In this document: positions 1 through 10,759 of the stretch, one piece after another
Numbering within the stretch: position 1 is the first letter of the stretch
How the letters are laid out: each line of letters starts with the position of its first letter
DNA from: Bigelowiella natans CCMP2755
Taxonomy: Eukaryota > Protista > Cercozoa
Assembly: GCA_000320545.1 (NCBI GenBank)
Contig: ADNK01001956.1
Location: forward strand, 23,238 to 87,237
Reading direction: 5' to 3'
DNA length: 64,000 bases
Translations under genes and position numbers: made by a program
The notes under the pieces: model-generated
The model's database searches: none
Seen by the model: only the letters and a program-made list of their open reading frames with translations
Told to the model about the DNA's origin: nothing

Positions 1-1
1 A

Positions 2-748
2 TTATTTTCCTGTAGCAGCATGCACATCTCCCATTCCCCCAGTAGAATCTTCCCGTTTCGGTTTAGCTTGCAGAGAAACATAATCGCTTGTCAACGAAGG
101 AGCAACATTGCATGATGTTTGCCCTCCTTCGTTATTTCTCATAATATCGTCGTCATCGCTAGCAACATCAACAACATTTTGCTTTGGCCTTCGTCTGTTA
201 GCCTTTTCTGGAATTGATATTTGCACGTAATTGTCTTTCTTCCTCTTCTTCTTTTTCTTCTCATTCATTTTTGGCTGTTGTGATTGATCTTCATTATATC
301 TCACCGTAGTAGTATCATCAGAGTTAGTTTCTGTGATAGGAAGTGAAGCAGACGAAGACGATGATGGCAATGACTCAGTAGTCGATGAAACACCTACAAT
401 TTTAAGATGATTGAATTGGAATGGATTAACAACACAAACACAATCTTCCTCTAATTTATTTAGATCATTGCAGAAAAAGTTTGCAAACTCTAATTATCAT
501 CCGTTTATCTCCCCTCTAATAGCTCAAATATCTCCTTACAAATCTCAATTCAGATAATTTTAGAGTACTCCTCTTTCTGATCATCATCATCATCATCTTC
601 CACTTCCTCATCATATCATCATCATCATCACCTGGCAATCCATCTGCTGGTGCGGATAATGTTTGCATCATTAATGATGGCTAATAAATAAACATAGACA
701 CACTCATTAGGGTTGTACTACTATTATTACCACTACTACTACTACTAT

Positions 749-781
<33 letters not shown>

Positions 782-929
782 CACTACTACAGCAAACACA
801 ACGAGAGAATAATGGTGGATAGACTTAATAATAATAGTAAGAATAATAGAAATGCTCATCAGAAGTCAGTCCTAACACTAGCTTGCATCAGGAATACAAA
901 CGACAAGCATCTTGTTCTTCATTGTAAGC

Positions 930-960
<31 letters not shown>

Positions 961-1628
961 CTTTTGGTTTTTGCAAAGGAGGAAGTGTGGGCGATGGAAG
1001 AGAACTTGCAGCATCAGAATGATGTCCCTCCACCTGCTTTTGTTGGTGCTTTGGATGGTGAGGAGGTACTGATAGAGAACTAGACATGGTAGCTTTCACT
1101 CCTCCTCCTATCTGGTTCCCCCCCCCCCTTTTTATGAGGGATAGCCTCTTCTGTAAAGGAGTTTCTGGCCTCGGTTTCAACTCCGATTTCTTCTTGACAA
1201 CTGGTAGTGGAACATCGACTACGTTGACCCTTCTCCGATCATAGTTTTCACTTGGTTTTGACAAATACTCGCTCATGCCGAAAGAAGATGCATCATTACC
1301 CTGGTTTCTACTACTGCCTATTGTCTCCTGTTGTTAGTTATTATTAGGAAATCAGGCGAGCACGTAACAAAAGCATCAGATATCCATGTAGTACATATGA
1401 GCTATTGAATATTGTCATCATTGTGGAAGACTTTTTTGAAGTGCAGTAATACATAATTTTGATGTCATCATCATCGTCATCATCATCATCATCATCGTCA
1501 TATGTCACAACCTACCTCACCATATTACCACCTCTTCATCTGCTGCTACTACTACAACAACAACAACTACTACTACTACTACTATCTCTCTTCATCTCCT
1601 ATTTGAATGAGCAACTACCAATTAGACC

Positions 1629-1661
<33 letters not shown>

Positions 1662-3873
1662 CCATCACCACCACCACCAGCATTTTTTTAGTATTCCTAC
1701 TAGTGCTACAACGAGCACTGCACTATGATTAGTACTGATCAGAACTATCACATTCCTAAATCATAGTTGATGATCAACAACGATGTCATAAAACCACGAC
1801 GACCGACCTCAAAGGCGTATGGATTCAAAGTTGCGGAATTATCTTTGGAATCAGCAGCATCCAAGTCTTCCATACGTGCAAATTGTCTGAGCTCCTCAAG
1901 GACCATATCAGCTTTGTCTCCTGTGATATGATTGTTGTGATGATGATGATTACGATGATAGCTGAGAAACAACCGATGAGTTTTTGCACGATATAGCTTC
2001 TCATTGGATTGCCATAGCGATGACTAATTTACCATAAATCTCCTTCAATTTCTTCCTGAAAGTCTCTTCTCCTTCTTCGACAAGTAAATTTAAGGCTTCT
2101 TCCAATTGAGAAGAAAAGTTATTATTATTTTTTTCTCCTTTTTGTCCAGAAGAAGAAGATGATGATGATGCTCTTCTAGCTTCTTCCACCTCAGCTTCTA
2201 CTTCTGATGCGTAATGATGAAACAGAGACGCACCTGAAGACAATAGATGATGATTATCATAACATGTGTGTTATCTGTTAAACAATGGAAAACAATTAGA
2301 CGCAGGAGTAGTGTACCGATGTACTAATCTCTTCCATTATTTGCACTCATCATTATCATCCTTCGATGTACTAATCTCTTTTACTCATGTTACTCATCAT
2401 TAGTTTCCTAACTTGGTGGGACAACGCTACCTCGTAACCGCTGGACAAACAAATCCTCAACTACTACTTCTACTACTACACTAATCATCATCATCATTGT
2501 AGTCAGACAGCACTAACCCTCTACATTCCTCATCATCTTAGCTACATCAACGTTTTTAGATCCAGGGCCTGAATATCTGCAGAGGTAGTGAAGTATTTTA
2601 ACAGCATGTAAATTTCACATTGAGACAGATTGTGTGCAGCAGTAATCACATATTGTTTTGGAATCGCTTGGTGTTAGGATGAATATAGTGTTTATGATCA
2701 AGAAGCCATGATGTACGTGAACAGCCATGTGCAGCATTAAAAAGTATCATCATGGTGCTGCTTTATAGTCAACACTTCTATATGTAGTAACACTGCTACT
2801 AGCAATGTGTCAGCTTCACAATTATGGCTTTTGAGATTGTTTTAAGAAGGATATTGAATGAAAGGAGGAGAATCTCAGATTGCTGTAGTTTTCCTTGATC
2901 AATGTTAGGAACTCTGTGTTATGCTGTACATGGATTAAGTTATAACACATGTTACCCTTTTTCATTTGCTGTGATTACTGTTCTGAATAATTCGTAAAGT
3001 TCTTTATTTTGGCCGAAATGCCTACTTGTTGCCCTATCAGGATCTGGCTTTATGAACACCCCTATGAGAGATAGATAGATGAATAGATGAGAGGGAGAGA
3101 CAATGAAGAATAATCTTTACAACTTAGAATGATAATGGCAACAACAAGCCGCCTGTAATGCGAAAGCAAAAATTTTACTACTGATCAATAATTGCCAAGC
3201 ATGTGAAATACAGTGGTAACAATATTGCAGCGCAACTATGCTGAAAATAGTAGTATGCAAGAACATTGGTGGTGGTTGTTGTTTTCTTCTGTTGTTCATT
3301 GATCTACTACCACATGATTTTTCCTTGAGCTCCTTATCGAATTTTTCTACTTTTTTAAGATTTCGTATTTCCACTTTGCGCGAGGGTGCTTTACCAAGAA
3401 CATCAGAGCTAGCTGAGAGAGTAGTAGAGAATGTCTTATCATTAGAGAAAGTAGTAGTAGTAGTAGTAGTAGTAGTTGTAGAAGAGAGGACGAAGAAGAA
3501 AAGGAAGAAGAAGAAGAAGGCGCTACTGCCAGAAGAAGAAGAAAAGGAAGAAGAAGAAGAAGGCGCTGCTGCCAGAAGAAGAAGATGGAATTTTGAAACA
3601 ACCTTTTTTCCTTTTCCCATAGGCAATCATCAATGCAGCCCTTTGCCACCTTCCAATCAGCTGTCTATTTATAAGCGAAAGTCTCCTGTTCATCATCATG
3701 CTGTTCACTGCTTCCCTATCTCTTCTTCCTCCCCCTCCTCCTCCATGTAAAGGATTGGATGCACATTGTTCCGATAAGAAGACGAGGGCAAAGACGATGA
3801 AGAAGAAGATTCTGGAACTACAGGGAGGACTTTGACGGAAAGGGGGATTCGGATTCAATCGAAAAGATATCAT
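2..3873 (-). CDS. Uncharacterised multi-exon protein with a hydrophobic signal-peptide-like N-terminus; runs off the window start; exon structure only partly resolved
   Basis: ORF 3523-3873 has a hydrophobic stretch (IFFFIVFALVFLSEQCAS). Short GT-AG-bounded exons near 3025-3060 (GVFIKPDPDRAT) and 2520-2577 (YSGPGSKNVDVAKMMRNVE). Protein-like ORFs at 2001-2243, 1748-1972, 878-1276 and 2-370. No family motif recognised; could be more than one gene. Confidence 0.45.
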
Positions 3874-4044
3874 GAAGAATAAGGAGAAGCTGCCAAACGT
3901 CTTCTATGTTTGCCGATGAGGAGGAAGGAGAGCCATCATCATCATCATCATCCTCATCATCATCATCCTCATCATCGACGTCGCGTCGTAGTCGTAGTCG
4001 TAGTTGTTGTCGTTCTGAACTACTCTCCTTTGAAGGGTTTTTCC

Positions 4045-4139
4045 TGCTGCGACAACAATACTTTCCATATTAGCGAGAGATTTTTTGCTGCGACAAGAAT
4101 ACTTTCCATATTAGCAAGAGATTTTTTTGCTGCGACAAG
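4045..4139. repeat. Tandem repeat with a 42-43 bp unit (about 2.3 copies) between two divergent genes
   Basis: tgctgcgacaa(c/g)aatactttccatattagc(g/a)agagattttt occurs twice, followed by a third partial copy. Confidence 0.85.
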
Positions 4140-4401
4140 CATTTCAAGCCGACTCACGTTTGCCAGTCAATCGTCGTGTGGTGGATGGTAGTGTATTAGG
4201 GGGAGGAAGGGTTAGTTAGCTACTGCTGTCGCTCGCTCGCTCGGGGATTCGGTGGCGAGGATAGGGGGGGCGGTATCTGTCTCTCTATAAGTAGGACGTG
4301 TCTACGACGAATTACTTCTCATTGATTCTTATAATGTAAAACACGACATCAGGTTATGCCCCCCCCGTCCTTATTCTCAGTCTGAGCTTTTGCAGCATTC
4401 A

Positions 4402-6043
4402 ATGAAGCATCATAAAGGAAGAAGAATCTCTCTAGAGATCCTGCCATGTCTTGTGGCCGCATCAACGATGATCTTAGTGTTACTACTACAGAGCACATAT
4501 TATCACGTGGAAGAAGAAGCAGCAGCAGCAGCCGCATTGACAACTCCCTTGAAACGCACCATGAACAACTATATTCGGACTAGGCAAGAAACAGGTGGTG
4601 GTTCTTCTTTAGCGACGGTCTACACAAGAAGGAGATTGAGGAGACCACGAAGTCAAGAGACTAAAAATTTTTCTCCAAGTAGTAGTATTCTTGGAGATTG
4701 CAAGGATATAGCACAGACATCTTATTCGTCACCGTTGACTCCTAGCCCCCCCTTTCGATCGCGTAGCTTGCGAGGAGGGGGAGGATCCATGAGTGCAGAG
4801 AAAGTTTCATCATCATCTTCTTCAGTAATAGGAAACGAGGCAACAGCTGCAAAAACTCGATTGGTATTATTTCTATCGTTGTCATTGTCATTGTCCGTCG
4901 TCGTCGTCTTTCCTCGTGGTTCTCATCGTCGCCAAAAGCTTTCTACTTATCCTAATAATAATTATAATAATAATAATAATAATAATCATCATCATTATCA
5001 TCATCGTCATCATTCTTTTTGTTCTCTTCAGAATGATAATACGGCAGAAAAAGCCACATGGGCACAAGCGGCAATGGATGTATCTTTGGAGGAGGCCGAT
5101 CCAGAGATGGCTGCTATTCTTAGGGGAGAAGAACAGAGACAAGTCAGGGGTAGGCCATTTATTATCTGACTTATGATGATGATGATGATGATGATGATGA
5201 TAATGACGAAATGATTTCCTGATATTCAACATCAATGCATATCCTTGTATCCATCCATCCATCTTTGTTAGTGCAACGTAGATGTGAGTTTAAATGAATT
5301 CATACTGAAAACAATACGATGGTCTTTCAGAATATGTTGTCAGCGAGACTCATAACTTATTGCTTTCGCGTCGTCGATCACATGGTTGCAGGATTGGAGT
5401 TGATAGCATCAGAGAACTTCGTTTCTAAGGCTGTATTAGAGATGTTGGGTTCTGTATTCACGAATAAGTACTCGGAAGGCCTACCTGGTAAAAGATACTA
5501 TGGGGGAAATGACTATGTTGACCAGGTGGGTGCTGTGAAACAAATAACTAATAATGCATCTAGCTAGCTGTATCCACGAGTGATTGGAAGAAGAATTGAA
5601 ACAAACAGCAGCACACGATAATACTAATAATAGTAAGAAGAAGAATAAGTTGTTTCTTCTATTTAATGATGATATAGATGGAAAGATTGTGTCAGCAAAG
5701 GGCTTTAAAGGTACTAGAACGATAATACGGAGCAGCATATAATCAATCACTTCCATATGCAATAAAAACTAACCTTTCGCAGAAGAAGCAGCAGCAGCAG
5801 CAGCTATGAATAATATTATAACATAATCATCATAACACTGTTTTCCGACACAACTATGAGGATAATGATGATGATGATGATTATGATTATTATTATTATT
5901 ATTAGGCGTTTTCGTTGAGTTCTGAAGATTGGAGTGTGAACGTACAAGCATACTCTGGAAGCCCTGCAAACTTTGCTGTATACACAGCGGTATCAATTCA
6001 TACTATTGTATTCCATATCAATAAAGTAGCAGTAGCCTCCCTT

Positions 6044-6091
<48 letters not shown>

Positions 6092-6093
6092 TT

Positions 6094-6130
<37 letters not shown>

Positions 6131-7156
6131 TCGTCTGTCTGTATTTCTTCTTCTCCTACCTCTGCTTGAAACGATGATAAGGATAACACGACAAATTGTG
6201 AGCGCTGGTGCTTCTTACATGTAGTAATATATTAGTGGCAAGTAGGTATTAAATCCACATGATGGGATGATAGTGTTTACATGTATAATAATAATAGGTA
6301 TTGAATCCACATGATCGAATCATGGGCCTAGATTTACCATCTGGAGGCCATCTCACACATGGGTACTACTACAACTACTACTACTACACCATCATCATCA
6401 TCATCGTACGTCATTGTTGCTCCTTATGTCATGCTGCTATAGTTGTTGTAATACTAATTTCAGTCTTCTATATTTTGTACTCCACCTTATCACTGTCTTT
6501 CTCCTCCTAGTGGTACTACTAAGTTCAGTCTCCATTTACACTAACCCTATCATCATCATCACTCTCTTCCTCCTTAGCTACTATACAGCGACACGCAAGA
6601 TTTCCGCAACATCAATTTACTTTGAGTCCCTCCCTTACCAGCTTTCTCCATCAACAGGTGTGCTACTTGTTGTAGGAGGAGGAGGAGGAGGGGAAGGAGA
6701 GGGAGGAGGAGGAGGAGGAGTATTGGCGTTTTTTAAGTAGTATCATCATATGGAATCATAACAGCTGTAGTAGTACCAACAGGAGTCACGTCACAGAAAG
6801 ATGACATGCCACCTCCTTCTTCTTCTTCTTCTTCTTCTTCTTCTCTACGTGATGACAGGGCTTGTCGATTACGATGGCTTAGAAGAAAGTGCTCGTCGGT
6901 TTTTACCCAAAATTTTGATTTGTGGTGCTAGTGCGTATCCCCGTGATTGGGACTACAAGAGATTGGTAGTAGTAGTAGTTGTATTCTCTTTAGGAAGGGA
7001 GGGAGAAAGGGAGTGATAATAATGACAGCATCATCGGTAGTAGTAGAAACACGCACACACACACACACCATATCCATATCCATATCCATATTAATTTTTG
7101 GACCATCATAGACGATCAGAACCACTACCCATGATATTATATGTGTGAATACACAA

Positions 7157-7210
<54 letters not shown>

Positions 7211-8011
7211 CAAGATACACACATTATAGAAGTGATAATCGGATAGAAGGGGGGGGGGAGGTTTATGAATATTGTTAAGCAACTTTGATGATACGCAGTA
7301 CTACGTGATGATGATGATGATGATAATAAACACAGCGTGAGATAGCAGACAGTGTTGGTGCCCTTCTACATTGTGATATGGCTCATTTCAGTGGGCTGGT
7401 GGCCACGGATCAGGTTGTTGCTTAGTGAGCAAACCATGTTGTTCAATCGAGTAGTTCAGTAGTGGGATTTGGTTCCTTTCTTTCACAAACGAAGCTGTTC
7501 CAACAATTAATTGCTGATATTTTACATCATCGTTATTATTATCTTCATCACCGACATGATCATCATTTTCTTCGTCTTGTCGTTTATAAATGGAATTGTT
7601 GTATCAGGTTGCCTCCCCTTTCGAATATTGTGATATTGTAACCACAACTACGCATAAAAGCCTACGAGGTCCCAGGGGAGCAATGATCTTCTCTCGAAAA
7701 AATGTTACAGTGAAAGGGAACACGCAGCTCCTTGATGATGCAGTCAATTTTGCTGTTTTCCCCTCTCTGCAGGTGGTTAAAACCTGAGCTGCTGCTGCCT
7801 CTAATTGAATAATCAACTTAAGTTAGTAGTAGAGTAACCCAAATGCTGCCTGTGAAAGAATTAAGAAAGAGATGTTAGTAGTTTTAGTAGTAATAGTAGT
7901 AGTAGTAGTAGTAGTTTTAGTAGTAGTATAGTAGTAGTTTTAGTAGTAGTAGTATAGTAGTAGTAGCAGCAACCTTTATTCGTCGTCGTCGTCTTCGTCG
8001 TCTAATACCTG

Positions 8012-8047
<36 letters not shown>

Positions 8048-8817
8048 GAACAAGAAGAAGCAGCAGCAGTAACAACAAGGATAATGTACATGGAAATGAT
8101 TAGGGTGGCCCCCATAACAACGTGATTGCTGCACTAGCATTGCAACTAAAAGAAGTGGATTCTCCTGTTTTCAAAGAATATTCGCACCAGGTGAATGGGT
8201 GGTGTTTCTTTAATGTTTCTTTAAAATTATTATCATTATTAGCAAGCTGCTATATTATTAAAACAACAGAACAACAACAACAAACGTATGATCTGATAAT
8301 TTACATATGCTCCTCCTCCTCCTCCTCCTCCTCCTCCTCCTCCTCCATCTCTCCGTTTGCTTGTTTAATTCTTAAGGTTATACGAAATGCTAAGGTACTG
8401 GCAGACACCTTAATATCCAAAGGTAGAATCGATCATCATTTTAACCACAAACGAGTTGTAAGAAAATAATACGATGGTAAGTAAGAATGATGGTGATAAT
8501 AAAGAGTATTACCTTCTCATATATTGTCATAATCATCATCATCATCATCATCATCATCATAGTTTGTTGCTGCAAAATAGGCTACAAGCTAGTGACAAAT
8601 GGAACAGATAATCACTTGATTCTTTGGGATCTAAGACCTCACAACATCACAGGAAGCAAGGTAGGATATGATTGCTTGTACTTATTCGTCCTCATACTCG
8701 TTCTGATAGTTGTAGTATGCTGATAGTGGTGCTGATATCATCTAAATTTTGAAGACTTTTCTTCTTTATCATCATCATCCCTCCCTCTCAATAGATAACA
8801 AACACCAATTGTATCTT

Positions 8818-8850
<33 letters not shown>

Positions 8851-9722
8851 GTCAGATGGAAGCCTTGTGTGAAGCTGTAAGCATAACCCTGAACAAAAAT
8901 GCTGTATTTGGAGATACAAGCGCACTCACGCCAGGGGTGTGTGTATGTACGCACTATGATGATGATGATGATCACACTGAATGAATAAGAGAATCTTCAA
9001 GCATTTTATAATAGAACATTTGATAGTAAAGACAACAACAACAATGCAGACAATGTTAAGTCTATTATGACTGAAATAATAAAAGTAATAATGATGGCAA
9101 GAAATAAAAATAATAATGTCAACAATTGCAAGCAACGTGAGGTGTGATTGTGATTTCACTACTACATATACCATTATAAGACAAGCAGCAGCACCAATGA
9201 TAGATTTTTAATTCATTGCATTGTATTGCAGGGAGTACGTGTTGGCACACCCGCACTTACTACAAGAGGATTCTTGGAGAATGATTTCATCAAAGTCGGA
9301 CAATTGCTAGATAAGGCATGTACTCTCGCTCAGAAGGTGATATTAAGAATAAATATTGATAATTAATAAAATAATAATAATAATATTATTTTTATTATTA
9401 TGTGTATGATGTTGGAGTGCTATGCTGATGTAGTGTATTTCAGATTCAGCGTGAATCTGGAAGTAAAAAGCTTGTTACATTCAAACAGCAAATGCAAGGA
9501 CATCCTGAGGTACTAATACTACTACTACTTACTGCTACAACTATTACTACTACTCAAAATCTACATTTGAAATGATGATGAATGATGATGATGATAATGA
9601 TGATCAATCATAAATCTTGCTGGTACTTGCTTGATTCGTAGGTACAGGCTTTGAAGGTTGAGGTGGAGAGTTTTGCAAGTGGCTTCTTCTTCCCCGGTAT
9701 AGATACTTCTTCGTATCGATGA
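4402..9722 (+). CDS. SHMT: Serine hydroxymethyltransferase (about 17 exons) with a long N-terminal bipartite-type leader
   Basis: Exons encode [82 protein letters not shown] (PLP lysine), [25 protein letters not shown] and [13 protein letters not shown]. Stop TGA at 9720-9722. Confidence 0.97.
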
Positions 9723-10229
9723 CAAGAGGCATCATCAACAAGGCAGATGCTAGTAATCATCATACATGATGGGTTCTGAATGACAACGCGCTCACATCGT
9801 GATTGCATAGCAACTATGACACATTTATCAAAACAACTCCTCACCACAAATCACCAACTGTGTGCGTACCACAGAGGCTTAGAATTGGATATTTTTCCAA
9901 TCGCTAGATCGCTCACACCATCTAGACTCTGTGGGGGCAATTGCTTGTGAGGCCAACGTGCATGCTAGCATGGCTAGATGGCGCGAGGGGGGACACCTTT
10001 ACAAGTCGATCGCACCTGCAGCCTGCACCATGCTAGCATGTGCGCTCTAGCGCTCATTGCACACTGGCATGAAAGCACGTGCACCTTCTAGCCACATGCT
10101 ACTAGCATGCTGGCATGGACGCAGCCTCTAGCTAGCCAGAGGCTAGTTTCAGCCAGCCCATGCCACACACATCTAGACATGCCAGCATGCACACACCTGC
10201 ACAAGTGCGATGCACACACACTGGACACA

Positions 10230-10263
<34 letters not shown>

Positions 10264-10759
10264 TTGCACATCTCTAGATCTCCAAACAGATCTAGAGATC
10301 TCCAGATCTGGACGTGCTGCGCTCTCCAGCTAGCTAGCTGTCCAGGTTGTGTGCTGGTCTGGCAGTCCAGCAATGCAAGACGAATGTGATGAATCAAATC
10401 AAGTTTGTTCAATGGTCATGCTCATGCAGCTGTGCATGTGGTCAGTCTGCGACCACCAAATGCATGCAAGTGCGCATGCGCATGCATGAGTGCAAATGGG
10501 AGTGCACGTTGTGCTTTGTCATGTCTCACATTTTCATGCAGGCATGCTCATGCAGGTTCAGGCTGCATCCACTGTGGCTCAGCTAGTCACACAGGGGCAT
10601 GCAACGTGACACGTTGCATGCCCAGAAACATTGTTGCAGGAGGGGGCACGTGCAGCGGGAAAACATCCATCTCGGTTGTCAAACCGTGGATGTTTTCCAG
10701 GAGCACCCTCGGTGTCTCACTTGCGACAAGGAGTCGGCCCACGCAGTGTGACATTTCAG

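Noticed and set aside
713-934. Poly-Tyr ORF and the many other poly-Ile/Leu/His/Ser or (CV)n/(YI)n ORFs
   Set aside because: These are translations of intronic microsatellites.
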